The notes: generated by a model not told the origin, from the letters alone. A stretch of DNA of 64,000 bases from an uncultured Lentisphaeraceae bacterium (GCA_949289005.1 CASEMQ010000007.1:73295-137294), one strand, 5' to 3'. Shown: positions 50,425 to 60,104, numbered from the stretch's first letter. Made by a program: numbers and translations.

Positions 50425-50440
50425 GTCGACAGAGACTAGC

Positions 50441-50530
50441 GAACAGTGAACGGTGCGTCCCTCCGGGGCGACAGGTCAATCTCCTGAACGGAGACGCATC
50501 CGTCGCCCGAGGGGCGTTCCGTTCACTGTT
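50441..50530. terminator. ~90 nt nested inverted repeat between convergent thiC and the GNAT gene
   Basis: Outer arms aacagtgaacgg / ccgttcactgtt; inner hairpin acgga-gacgca-tccgt; the right arm overlaps the GNAT stop codon. Confidence 0.5.
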
Positions 50531-50969
50531 TGGACAGCGCCAGGTGGAGGATGGGGTGGGGGCGACCGGCGGGGTCGCGGGGGTCGCGGGCGGCGATGGC
50601 GAAGCCGTTGGCTTGGTAGAAGGCGAGGGCGGGGGGATTTTCCTCGTTCACGTCCACGGTTCGCGCGCCCTCGGCGAGGGCTTGGCGCAGGAGGCGCGTG
50701 CCGAGGCCGCGGCGGAAGAGGGATGGGTCGATGAAGAGGGCCTCGATGTGGGTGCCGTTTTGCGCCAGGAAACCGAGTGGCGTGCCCTCGACGCGCAGGA
50801 CGAGCGGATTGATGGCCGCGAGCATGCCGCGCACTTGTGGGGCATAGAGGGCGATTTCGTCCTCGGAGACGAAGGCGTGGGTGGCGCGGACGGCGCGTTC
50901 CCAGACGGCGGCGAGGGCGTCCACGGGCGGGGAGGGTTCGTGGGCGATGGCGGGCGAGTCGGTGTCCAT
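50523..50969 (-). CDS. GNAT family N-acetyltransferase
   Basis: Internal ATG at 50969 gives a 148-aa protein with acetyl-CoA-binding motif RRGLGTRLLRQAL; the upstream Arg/Pro-rich extension is rejected. Confidence 0.65.
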   Translation of the reverse strand: MDTDSPAIAHEPSPPVDALAAVWERAVRATHAFVSEDEIALYAPQVRGMLAAINPLVLRVEGTPLGFLAQNGTHIEALFIDPSLFRRGLGTRLLRQALAEGARTVDVNEENPPALAFYQANGFAIAARDPRDPAGRPHPILHLALSKQ

Positions 50970-51016
50970 GTGGGTTTCCTTGGGGCGGTTTTTGGGGGCG
51001 GGGCGCGTGAAAAGTC

Positions 51017-54000
51017 TCAGGCGAGGAGGTCCTCGATCTCGGCCATGGTGAGGGAGGAGGCGATGGAGGCGTCGGACGCGTTGACGGTGGCTTCGATGAG
51101 CGCCTGCTTTTTGCGTTGGAGGTCGAGCACTTTTTCCTCGATGGTGTCCTGGGCGATGAGTTTGATGGCCTGGACGGTCTTTTTCTGGCCGATGCGGTGG
51201 GCTCGGTCGGTGGCCTGTTCCTCGGCGGCGGGGTTCCACCAAGGGTCGAAGTGGACGACGGTGTCCGCGCCGGTGAGGTTGAGCCCGGTACCGCCGGCCT
51301 TAAGGGAGATAAGGAAGGCGGGGATGGAGGGGGTTTGGTTGAAGCGGGCGCACTGCCCGAGGCGATCTTTGGTGGCACCGTCCAGATAACAATAGGCGAG
51401 GCCCTCGGCGTCGAGGCGATCGGCGATGAGGCGGAGCATCGAGGTGAATTGCGAGAAGACGAGCAGGCGGTGGCCGCCCGCGATCGTCTCGTCCAGGAGT
51501 TCCATCAACGCGTCCAGTTTGGCGGAGGGCGCCTCGCCGGGGCGCGGGGGGCGATTCTTGATCAGGCGCAGGTCGCAGCAGACTTGCCGTAGGCGCATGA
51601 GTAGGGCCAAGACCTCGAACTTGGACTTCTCAAAGCCTTTTTCGCGCACGAGGCCGCGCATTTTCTCGCGCAGTTCGGCGCGATAGTCCTCGTAGAGGCG
51701 GCGCTGGTCGGGGGTGAGCGCGCAGTAGGTGACGGAGCGGATTTTGTCGGGCAGGTCGTTGGCGACCTCTTTTTTGACGCGGCGCAGGAGGAAGGGGTGG
51801 AGTTTTTCGCGCAGGAGGCGTTGGGCGTTCTCCGCGGCCTGGCCACCCTCGGCGATGGGCATCTCGTAGCGGATTTGGAAATCCTCGTAGGGGCCGAGGT
51901 AGCGCGGCATCAGAAAGTCCATGATGGACCAGAGGTCGGAGACGCCGTTCTCGATGGGCGTGCCGGAGAGGACGAGGCGGGTGTCGGCCACCAAGCGCTT
52001 GACGGCCTGGGCGTTTTGCGTGCGTTGGTTTTTGATGGCCTGCGCCTCGTCGAGCACCGCCACGGAATAACGGCAATCGGCATGGAAGGCGATGTCGCGC
52101 CGGATGAGCGCGTAGCTGGTGATGACGAGGTCGTGATCCGGCACTTGCGCGAAGAGGGGGGCGCGGTCGGGCCCGGAGAGTGTCAGCACCTTTAGCCACG
52201 GTGTGAACTTGGCCGCCTCGCGCCGCCAGTTCTCGACCAACGAGGTGGGGCAGACGATCAGGGCGGGTACGCGGCGGGCATCCGCGCGGCAACGCTCCAG
52301 TTGGAGCCACGTCAGTGTCTGCAAGGTCTTGCCCAGACCCATCTCGTCGGCCAAAATCCCGCAGAAGCCACATTCCTCCAGGAAGCGCAGCCAGTAGACG
52401 CCCTCCTTCTGGTAGGGGCGGAGCGTGTCTTCCAGGCGGCCGAGGGGGACGGGCTCGGGGCGACGGCGACGGTTCTGCCGCTCCGCGCGCGCCCGCCAAT
52501 CGGGCGCCGTCTCGAAGTCGATGCCGTCCAGCCGCTCCAACGCCGCTTGCACGAAGGGCGCGTGCACGGCCTCGACGCGCACCGAGCCCTCCACCGTGCC
52601 GCGCCGCGCCTGGCACGCGGCCAATGTCTCGCGCAACGCGCGGATGGCCCCGATGTCCAGCAGCGCCGTGTGGCCGCCGCAATCGACGAATGCCTCGTGC
52701 GCGGCGAGCGCGCGGTCGACTTCGGCGGGGGAGAGACGCAGGTTGCCGTTGGCCGAGACGTAGTCCGCGGCGACTTCGAAGCCATCCTTGGCATTGCGCA
52801 CGCGCACCACGGGCACGATGACCTCGGCGTTCTCCCAGAAGGTGGCCAAGAGGCCCTTCACCTCCACCTTCCAACCCTCGCGGCGGAGGGCGGTGAGGTG
52901 TTCGCCCAAGAGGTTGCGCACGTTGCGGATGCCTGTGAGCGCGCCTAAATCGTCCCCCCGCGCCGCGGGGAAGCCCATTGCCCGCATCCGCGCCAACGCC
53001 TCCTTCTCGGCGGTCTCGTTGCGGCCGAAGCTGTGGTAGAAATCGTCCGGGTCCGGCAGGGCCACCGTCTCGTGGCCGCCCGCCGGCAACCAGTCCTCGC
53101 CGTAACCCGCGAAGAGCCGGGCCGCCACCGACACCTCAGAACCGTTCAGGACCAATCGGAAACGCGGTTCGGCCGGTGTGACGGAGAAGCAATCCGCCGG
53201 GACGCACCGTTCCGGATCCGGCGGCGCCCATGCCGCCAACTTGGGCACCTCGCGGGTGAGGAAGTCCACCGCCCGTGCCCGCGGCACAGCCTCGGGCTTC
53301 GCGTAGAGCCCCTGGAGCGGCGCGGGCAGGACGTGCGCGAGCCGCCGGGCTTCGCCATGCTCGCCCAGCCAGTAGGCGGCGTGGCCGGCGGCCAGCACCA
53401 CCCCGCCGGGCGGCAATTCCAGCGACACGCGGAGCGCGTCGTTCGCCGGGTCGGCCTCCACCGCCAACGGCGTCTCCAACGGCTCCTTGAGCACGCGCAG
53501 GCGGCGGCGCGTCGCGCCATCGCCCACCCAGCTCCCCGTCCCGCACCGGATCACCGCCAGGAAGTCCGCCGGCGACAACTCCAACGTGTCGCCGAAGGCG
53601 CCCCCCGCGATGTCCTCGAAAATCCCGATCAGCGCGTTGTCCGCCTCCGAGAAGGCGTGGTCGACCGGCGGCAAATCCTGTGGGCGATAGGGCTTGCCCT
53701 CAACGTAGAGGCGCACGCCCACGCGCACGCGGCCGGCGGCGAACTGCCGGGCCGCCTCGGCGGGGAGGAAGACGCGGAGCAAGGCGGGGCGCCCTGTCGG
53801 CGCGCGGCGGATCAGCCCCGTGGCGGCTGCCAGGCGCGCGGCGTGGGCGCGGTCGCTCGCCGCGGCCTGCCGGCGCGCCTCGCCCCCGAAGAGGCGCATG
53901 ACGCCGAGCGCCACCGCGATGACGTGCTCGCAGAGCAGGCCGCGGTCGCGGTTGGTCGCGCAAGGGCAATGCCCTTCCACCAAGCCATTCTTGAGCATCG

Positions 54001-54493
54001 TGAAGGTCGCCAGGATGGGCGCCCCGCCGCTCAGCACGTAACCCTTGCCCGTGGGGTAGGCGAAGGCCAGGCGCGACACCGCCCCGCGCCGCACGAGCTC
54101 TTCCGCCCGCGCCAAGAGTTGCGGCCCCGCCCAACGCGCGATCTCCAGGCGCGTGGGGGCGCGCTCCGCCGCGAAAAGCGTCTCTTCCGGCGTGTCGCCG
54201 CCGTGATCGTGCGCCCATTGCAACCCCACCGCGACCGCGTGGCGGCAGACTTTGCCGCCCTTTGCCGCGCCGCATGGGCACAGTACCTCCACCGCGCGCC
54301 CCTCACGCACGCGCAACCGCGTGACCAACCGCGACGCCCCCATCCGCACCGAGCCCGCCAAAAGTTCCCCTTGCGCCCGCACGCCCTGCACGGCGCCGGA
54401 TGCCTGCAACTTCGCACCCTCCGCAAGCACGTCCGAGGGCGCCCATCTCATCACCTGTCCACGCGACAAATCCATGTCGGGAAAGTTTACCAT
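51017..54493 (-). CDS. SNF2-family helicase with N-terminal SWIM zinc finger
   Basis: SWIM CPCGAAKGGKVCRHAVAV; SNF2 N-domain LADEMGLGKT, DEAQAIKN; helicase-C block near the C-terminus. Start set at ATG 54493 because the longer ORF to 54769 would read through the repeat element. Confidence 0.7.
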   Translation of the reverse strand: MVNFPDMDLSRGQVMRWAPSDVLAEGAKLQASGAVQGVRAQGELLAGSVRMGASRLVTRLRVREGRAVEVLCPCGAAKGGKVCRHAVAVGLQWAHDHGGDTPEETLFAAERAPTRLEIARWAGPQLLARAEELVRRGAVSRLAFAYPTGKGYVLSGGAPILATFTMLKNGLVEGHCPCATNRDRGLLCEHVIAVALGVMRLFGGEARRQAAASDRAHAARLAAATGLIRRAPTGRPALLRVFLPAEAARQFAAGRVRVGVRLYVEGKPYRPQDLPPVDHAFSEADNALIGIFEDIAGGAFGDTLELSPADFLAVIRCGTGSWVGDGATRRRLRVLKEPLETPLAVEADPANDALRVSLELPPGGVVLAAGHAAYWLGEHGEARRLAHVLPAPLQGLYAKPEAVPRARAVDFLTREVPKLAAWAPPDPERCVPADCFSVTPAEPRFRLVLNGSEVSVAARLFAGYGEDWLPAGGHETVALPDPDDFYHSFGRNETAEKEALARMRAMGFPAARGDDLGALTGIRNVRNLLGEHLTALRREGWKVEVKGLLATFWENAEVIVPVVRVRNAKDGFEVAADYVSANGNLRLSPAEVDRALAAHEAFVDCGGHTALLDIGAIRALRETLAACQARRGTVEGSVRVEAVHAPFVQAALERLDGIDFETAPDWRARAERQNRRRRPEPVPLGRLEDTLRPYQKEGVYWLRFLEECGFCGILADEMGLGKTLQTLTWLQLERCRADARRVPALIVCPTSLVENWRREAAKFTPWLKVLTLSGPDRAPLFAQVPDHDLVITSYALIRRDIAFHADCRYSVAVLDEAQAIKNQRTQNAQAVKRLVADTRLVLSGTPIENGVSDLWSIMDFLMPRYLGPYEDFQIRYEMPIAEGGQAAENAQRLLREKLHPFLLRRVKKEVANDLPDKIRSVTYCALTPDQRRLYEDYRAELREKMRGLVREKGFEKSKFEVLALLMRLRQVCCDLRLIKNRPPRPGEAPSAKLDALMELLDETIAGGHRLLVFSQFTSMLRLIADRLDAEGLAYCYLDGATKDRLGQCARFNQTPSIPAFLISLKAGGTGLNLTGADTVVHFDPWWNPAAEEQATDRAHRIGQKKTVQAIKLIAQDTIEEKVLDLQRKKQALIEATVNASDASIASSLTMAEIEDLLA

Positions 54494-54509
54494 ATTTCCA
54501 TCCCATCCA

Positions 54510-54700
54510 GACCTGTCGAAAACTTTGCGAAACCTGTTGAAAACCTGTTGAGACCGCCTCGCCCCGGAGGCACCCGAAATCCGGCTTTTCAATCTATACG
54601 CGGGGTCATTTTCCGGGATGCGCCGTATCTCCCCCCGAGGCACGCCGCATCCCGCATCGAGGCACGCCGCGTCCCGGGACGCGGCGGCCGCGGGGCTTTC
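54510..54700 (-). repeat. Dispersed ~190 bp intergenic repeat element, copy 4 (reverse orientation), ending 17 nt upstream of the helicase start
   Basis: Its reverse complement has three tandem units (ggacgcggcgtgcctcgatgcgg, gatgcggcgtgcctcggggggagat, acggcgcatcccggaaaa), GACCCCGCGTATAGATTGAAAAG and CAACAGGTTTTCAACAGGTTTCGCAAAGTTTTCGACAGG. Confidence 0.8.
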
Positions 54701-54848
54701 TCCCTGCGCACACAGCCCCTGGACAGGGCTGCGACTTTTGGTATCCGCCCGGTTTTTTACGCTTGCCATCGCGTGGGGGAAGGTCTATAATAGCCACCTG
54801 TAACGTACGACTAGGGCTTGTGCCCAAGACAAGGAAAGGACAAGACAC

Positions 54849-55565
54849 ATGGACATGTCGCGGATGGTGCGTTTCGGCGCGTTGGCGGTTTTGGCCGCCT
54901 CGACGATTGGGATTTCCGCAGGTTGCGCGGGCACCGCGCAGTGCGATAAACAGGAGATTGTGCAAATGGACAACAAAGCGTTCTACACGGCCGACGGCAA
55001 ACTTGACACTGCCAAGTGCAAGGAGGCCTATTTCGAGATGATGAAGAAGGTCGGCGCGCCCGTTTACCCCCGTTACAAGACCGAGGAGGGCTTCCTCTGG
55101 ACGGTGGACTTCGGGCAAGGCGACTTCGCGAAGTTTGGCATGGGCGGCGTCTTTTGGGTGAACGACCGCAAGCACCAGTACTTCGGCCACGAGATTTTCC
55201 TGCTTCCCGGCCAGTCGATCGCGGAGCATCGCCATCTGCCCACCACCGACGACAAGGGCCCCTTGCAGGCCAAGCATGAGAGCTGGCAGGTGCGCTTTGG
55301 CACGGTCTATGGCTTCAGCGAGGTGGGCGAGCCCAACCTCGACAAGTATCCCGAGGTGAAGGCGCTTCTGGCCGACTTCCAGCTGAAGCAGCTCAACAGC
55401 GTCCACGTCGAGAAGTGGGAGGCCGACGGGCAGATCCACGTGCTGCCGAAGGAAGAGACCTGGCACTTCATGATGGGCGGCCCCGACGGCGCCGTCGTCA
55501 CGGAGTATGGTTGCTACCACGACAACGCCGGGCTGCGCTTCTCCGTTCCCGGTTCCAGCCTTTGA
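54849..55565 (+). CDS. Cupin-fold lipoprotein (possible sugar isomerase-like)
   Basis: Signal peptide with lipobox ISAGC; cupin-like metal-site region PGQSIAEHRH and a conserved Trp/Gly-rich barrel; function unknown. Confidence 0.45.
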   Translation: MDMSRMVRFGALAVLAASTIGISAGCAGTAQCDKQEIVQMDNKAFYTADGKLDTAKCKEAYFEMMKKVGAPVYPRYKTEEGFLWTVDFGQGDFAKFGMGGVFWVNDRKHQYFGHEIFLLPGQSIAEHRHLPTTDDKGPLQAKHESWQVRFGTVYGFSEVGEPNLDKYPEVKALLADFQLKQLNSVHVEKWEADGQIHVLPKEETWHFMMGGPDGAVVTEYGCYHDNAGLRFSVPGSSL

Positions 55566-55628
55566 GTTTTTCCGGCGCGGCGGGCCGAGCCCGCCGCGCC
55601 CCGATCGCGACACGAAAGGAAGACTGCG

Positions 55629-55940
55629 ATGAAGTATCTGCACACGGGCATGATCGTCGGCGAGAAGTTGCCGGAGATGATTTACATGGAGCCGCTCAAG
55701 GTCTGGGTGACCGACGCCACCAAGGACAAGTATGCCATTGAGTTCCTGTACTTCGAGATTGATTCCCCGATGGCCGCCGCCATCCAAGAGCAGCCCCACG
55801 TGGCCTACGAGGTGGAGGACATCGACGCGGCGCTGGAGGGCAAGTCGATCCTCTGGCAGAAGATGGACGTGGGCAACGCCTACATCGCCTTTGTCTACGA
55901 CAACGACACGGTGGTCGAGTTCTACCAGCCCAAGAAGTGA
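55629..55940 (+). CDS. Small hypothetical protein (103 aa)
   Basis: ORF with SD aaggaag 8 nt upstream; sits between the cupin lipoprotein and dhaK; no family recognised. Confidence 0.4.
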   Translation: MKYLHTGMIVGEKLPEMIYMEPLKVWVTDATKDKYAIEFLYFEIDSPMAAAIQEQPHVAYEVEDIDAALEGKSILWQKMDVGNAYIAFVYDNDTVVEFYQPKK

Positions 55941-55951
55941 GAGGTGTCGCC

Positions 55952-56956
55952 ATGCCGATGAAGAAGTTTCTGAACAATCCCGAGACCCTCACTGCCGAGA
56001 TGCTGGAAGGGCTCGCGTTGGCCTATTCCGACAAGGTCAAGGTGGTCAACGAGCGCATCGTCGTCCGAGCCCAGCCCAAGCCGCAGGACAAAGTGGCCTT
56101 GGTCTGCTTCGGCGGCACGGGCCATGAGCCGGCGATGCATGGTTTCGTGGGCGAGGGCATGGCCGATGCCGCCGTGGCGGGCGATGTCTTCGCGGCGCCC
56201 GGCGGCCCCAAGGTCTTCGAGGCGCTGGAGTTGCTCAACCGCCCCGCGGGCATCATCCTGCTCACCCTCAACCACAACGGCGACCGGATGTCCGCCCGCA
56301 AGGCGTTGCGCCTGGCCGAGAAGGCGGGCATCCCCGTCAAGGAGATCATCGTCCAGGAAGACATCGCCCCCGGCATTGACGCCGACCCCGAGGACCGGCG
56401 CGGCCTCGGCGGGTGCATCCCGCTGATGAAGGTGATGGGCGCGGCCTGCGAGCAAGGCAAGAGCATCGACGAGGTGCTGGAAATCGGCAAGGCCTTTCAC
56501 AGCCACCTTGCCACGCTCTCCGTCGCCCTCAAGGTGGCCACCCACCCGCAGAACGGCGCGGAAATCGGCACGCTCGCCGATGACGAGATGGAAATCGGCA
56601 TGGGGCAGCACGGCGAGGGCGGCGGCGGCATCATGAAGATGCAGTCGGCCGACGCCACCGTCAAAATCATGGTCGAGAAGTTGGTCGCCGCCACCAAACT
56701 CCAGGCCGGCGACCGTGCCCTGTTGATCATCAACGGCTCGGGCGCCACCACCACCATGGAAATGCTCATTTGCTATCGCGCGGCCGCCAAGGAGCTTGCC
56801 GGGCGCGGCATCACCCTGATGAACGGCATCGCCGACGAGTTGCTCACCGTCCAGGAAATGGCCGGCTTCCAGATGATTCTCGCCAAGGTGTGCCCCACCT
56901 GCGAGGCGTTGCTCAAGGCCAAGGCCAACACCCCGTATTGGACCTGCAACGGTTGA
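55952..56956 (+). CDS. dhaK: Dihydroxyacetone kinase, DhaK subunit
   Basis: LVCFGGTGHEP (active-site His region) and Dak1 fold; 334 aa. Confidence 0.75.
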   Translation: MPMKKFLNNPETLTAEMLEGLALAYSDKVKVVNERIVVRAQPKPQDKVALVCFGGTGHEPAMHGFVGEGMADAAVAGDVFAAPGGPKVFEALELLNRPAGIILLTLNHNGDRMSARKALRLAEKAGIPVKEIIVQEDIAPGIDADPEDRRGLGGCIPLMKVMGAACEQGKSIDEVLEIGKAFHSHLATLSVALKVATHPQNGAEIGTLADDEMEIGMGQHGEGGGGIMKMQSADATVKIMVEKLVAATKLQAGDRALLIINGSGATTTMEMLICYRAAAKELAGRGITLMNGIADELLTVQEMAGFQMILAKVCPTCEALLKAKANTPYWTCNG

Positions 56957-57026
56957 CCCCGCCGCGCGCCACGGCACGCGGCCGTGGCGCGCCATTCCCT
57001 TGTAACGACACGTTTGACGACTCGCT

Positions 57027-57629
57027 ATGACGCTTGAACAATTCAAGGCCGTTTGGCAACAGGCGCAGGTGGCCATCGAGGCCAACGAAAAGCATTTTTC
57101 CGAGCTGGACGCGGCCACGGGCGGCGACGGCGACCACGGCACCGCCATCGTCGCGGCCGTGCGTGCCATCAACCATGCCGAGGGCGCGGACTTCCCCACG
57201 CTCTTGGCCGACATGGCCGAAAAGTTGGAGACCGAGGCCTCCGGCTCCACCTCGTCGCTCTACGGCGCGTGGTGCGAGGGCATGGCCGACGCCGCGCCCA
57301 AGGGCGCGACCGCGCTCGATGCCGACCAACTGGCTGACCTCTTTCAGGGTGGGTACGACGAGGTGTGCGCCATCACCCGCGCCCGCAAGGGCGACAAGAC
57401 GATGATGGACGCCCTTCAGCCCGCCACGGAGGCGCTCGTCGCCGCCAAGGGTGAGGGCGAGGCCGCCATGTTCGCCGCGGCCGCCAAGGCCGCCCGCGCC
57501 GGTTCCGATGCCACCGCCCGGATGCAGGCACGCTTCGGCCGCGCCAAGAACCTCGGTGAGCGCTCCATCGGCGCCATCGATGCGGGCTCCGCCTCGATGG
57601 CCACCATCTTTGAGACCTTCGCACAATAA
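57027..57629 (+). CDS. dhaL: Dihydroxyacetone kinase, DhaL (ADP-binding) subunit
   Basis: Dak2 motifs LDAATGGDGDHGT and TMMDAL; 200 aa. Confidence 0.75.
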   Translation: MTLEQFKAVWQQAQVAIEANEKHFSELDAATGGDGDHGTAIVAAVRAINHAEGADFPTLLADMAEKLETEASGSTSSLYGAWCEGMADAAPKGATALDADQLADLFQGGYDEVCAITRARKGDKTMMDALQPATEALVAAKGEGEAAMFAAAAKAARAGSDATARMQARFGRAKNLGERSIGAIDAGSASMATIFETFAQ

Positions 57630-57655
57630 ATTATCCTTCAGAAAGGAACGTTTTC

Positions 57656-58534
57656 ATGCCCGATATGGACAACTTCAAGGAAGCCGCTTCCTTCGGCGTC
57701 GGCACGCCCCAAGAGACGGTCGGTTTCCCCCTCAAGGGGTGCGGCAATTTGGATTGGGGCGTGAAGAGCCGCCTCGCGCGGATTTCCGACCCCAAGGACG
57801 GTCGTTCGCTCATGCTGGCCTGCGATCATGGCTTCATCATGGGGCCGACGGGCGGCGTGGAGCGCATTGACCTCTCCATCGTGCCGCTGCTGCAATATGC
57901 GGACTGCTTGATGTGCTCCCGCGGCGTGTTGCGCGCGTTGATCCCGCCCACGAGCAACATCCCCGTCTGCCTCCGTTCCGACGCCGGCACCTCCGTCGTT
58001 ACCGAGCTGAACGACAACGTGGTCATCGACCCGGAGGATGCCATCCGCCTCAACGCCTCGGCGATGGCCGTGATGGTCGCCATCGGCGACGCGAACTTCG
58101 AGGGCAAGACCGTCGCGAACCTCTACCACGCCGTGGACGTGGGCCAGCGCTATGGCATCCCCGTCATGGGCGTGACGGCCGTGGGCAAGCAGATGACCCG
58201 CGACGCGCGCTACTTCCGCCTGGCCACGCGCATCTGCGCGGAGAACGGCGCCAACATCGTCAAGACCTACTACACCGAGGGCTTCGAGACGGTCACTGCC
58301 TCTTGCCCCGTGCCGATCGTCATCGCCGGCGGCAAGAAGATCCCCGAGGCCGACGCGCTCGAGCTGGCCTACAAGGCCATCAACGACGGCGCCGCGGGCG
58401 TGGACATGGGGCGCAACGTCTTCCAGTCCACCGACCCCGCCGCCATGATCCAGGCCGTCCGTGCCGTCATCCACGATGGCCTCAAGCCCGATCAGGCCTA
58501 TCAGATGTTCCAGGATCTCTCCGCCGCCAAGTAA
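57656..58534 (+). CDS. Class I aldolase, DhnA/FbaB/LsrF-type
   Basis: 292 aa TIM-barrel aldolase; Schiff-base Lys region ANIVKTYYTEGF and LMLACDHG block typical of archaeal-type class I FBP aldolases and LsrF. Confidence 0.6.
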   Translation: MPDMDNFKEAASFGVGTPQETVGFPLKGCGNLDWGVKSRLARISDPKDGRSLMLACDHGFIMGPTGGVERIDLSIVPLLQYADCLMCSRGVLRALIPPTSNIPVCLRSDAGTSVVTELNDNVVIDPEDAIRLNASAMAVMVAIGDANFEGKTVANLYHAVDVGQRYGIPVMGVTAVGKQMTRDARYFRLATRICAENGANIVKTYYTEGFETVTASCPVPIVIAGGKKIPEADALELAYKAINDGAAGVDMGRNVFQSTDPAAMIQAVRAVIHDGLKPDQAYQMFQDLSAAK

Positions 58535-58731
58535 GCGCACGGCGAGACGCCAACAAAAAAGCCCCACGCCGACGGACTCGGCATGGGGCTTTTTGTTGGC
58601 GTGCGGGGGCAAGGGGAGCTTAAATGATTTTTTTGGTTGCGCGCGCGACGTGTGCATTGTATAATGCAGCCACTTTTTGATGGGTTTTGTTGTTTGCGCG
58701 TTGGAGAGGTTTGTGGGATACTGTCTTTGAG

Positions 58732-58807
58732 CGCCCTGTAGCTCAGTGGATAGAGCAGCGGTTTCCTAAACCGCGTGTCGCAGGTTCGATTCCTGTCTGG
58801 GCGACCA
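58732..58807 (+). tRNA. tRNA-Arg (anticodon CCT), CCA encoded
   Basis: CGCCCTG-TA-GCTCAGTGGATAGAGC-A-GCGGT-TTCCTAA-ACCGC-GTGTC-GCAGG-TTCGATT-CCTGT-CTGGGCG-A-CCA; cloverleaf with one acceptor-stem mismatch. Confidence 0.75.
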
Positions 58808-58832
58808 TTTCGGAGACATTTGGAGCAGACGC

Positions 58833-60104
58833 ATGAAGAAGGTGCTGTTGATTGTTGTGGCGTTGGCCCTGGTGGGCGGCGGCGTGGCGTGGTGGCTGTC
58901 GCGCCCGAAGGCGGAACAGGCCGCGGTGGCGTACAAGACGGTGCCGCTGACGAAGGGGCGGGCGACTCAGACCATCCGGGCGACGGGCACGATCGAGCCG
59001 GAGGATTTGATCGACATCGGCGCGCAAATCACGGGGCAGATCATGGCCTTCGGCAAGGATGTGGACGGCAATGAGGTGGATTATTGCTCGGTGGTGAAGA
59101 AGGGGCAGTTGCTCGCGCGCATCGATGACGTGACCTACAAGGCGGAGGTGACCATCGCGAAGGCGACGCTGACGAGCGCGGAGGCGCAATTGGCAAGCGC
59201 GAAGGCGGACGTGATCCAGTCCACGGCAAGCCTGCGCCAGGCGGAGCGCGACTGGGCGCGCGCGCAGAAGCTGGGTGTGGGCGACGCGTTGTCGCAGAAG
59301 GATTACGATGCGTATCAGAGCGCATATGAGATCGCGGCGGCGAACCTGGACGTGAGCAAGGCCGAGGTGGAGCAGGCCGAGGCCGCGATCGCGCAGGCGC
59401 AGGCGCAGCTGGAGAAGGCGGAGCGCAACCTGTCGTACTGCGACATCCTGTCGACGGTGGATGGGGTGATCATCGACCGCCGTGTGAACATCGGCCAGAC
59501 GGTGACGGCATCGATGAGCACGCCGTCGCTCTTCCTAGTGGCGAAGGATTTGAAGCGGATCGAGATTTGGGTGCCGGTGAACGAGGCGGACATCGGGTCG
59601 ATTCGCGTGGGGCAAGAGGTGCGCTTCACGGTGGATGCCTTCGCGAACCGCGAGTTCAAGGGCAAAGTGGGGCGTATCCGCCTGAACGCGACGATGACCT
59701 CGAACGTGGTGACGTACACGGTGGAGGTGGTGACGGACAATCCTGACGGCGTGCTGTTGCCGTACCTGACGGCGATCGTGAGCTTCATCTTGGCGGAGTC
59801 GCCGGAGGATGCGCTGTTGGCGCCGGTGGCGGCGATGAGCTGGCGGCCCGAGGGGTGGGAGACGCCGGAGAAGCTGGTGGGCAAGGATTTGGTTTTTGTG
59901 CAGAACGCCGCGGGCGAGCCGCGCCCCGTGCCCGTCAAGGCGGGCGTGGCCGACGACGTCCACGTGGCCATCGAGGCGGATGCCTTGGTGCCGGGCGACG
60001 TGGTGATCACGGGCACGCTGACGCCCATCGAGGTGCAGCAGGCATCGGACGCGGGGAAAAATCCCTTCCTGCCGCAGCCGCCGCAACGTCGTCGCCGCCG
60101 TTGA
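58833..60104 (+). CDS. Efflux transporter periplasmic adaptor subunit (MacA/HlyD family)
   Basis: N-terminal TM anchor, long coiled-coil (AEAQLASAKA...), beta-barrel domain; followed by the ABC ATPase and FtsX-type permease. Confidence 0.7.
   Translation: MKKVLLIVVALALVGGGVAWWLSRPKAEQAAVAYKTVPLTKGRATQTIRATGTIEPEDLIDIGAQITGQIMAFGKDVDGNEVDYCSVVKKGQLLARIDDVTYKAEVTIAKATLTSAEAQLASAKADVIQSTASLRQAERDWARAQKLGVGDALSQKDYDAYQSAYEIAAANLDVSKAEVEQAEAAIAQAQAQLEKAERNLSYCDILSTVDGVIIDRRVNIGQTVTASMSTPSLFLVAKDLKRIEIWVPVNEADIGSIRVGQEVRFTVDAFANREFKGKVGRIRLNATMTSNVVTYTVEVVTDNPDGVLLPYLTAIVSFILAESPEDALLAPVAAMSWRPEGWETPEKLVGKDLVFVQNAAGEPRPVPVKAGVADDVHVAIEADALVPGDVVITGTLTPIEVQQASDAGKNPFLPQPPQRRRRR

Noticed and set aside
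51017-54769. DISARM- or BREX-like defence system built around the SNF2 helicase
   Set aside because: No adjacent methyltransferase, PLD-nuclease, DUF1998 or PglZ-type genes; the neighbours are a GNAT and housekeeping genes, and the architecture matches the common YwqA-like remodeler.
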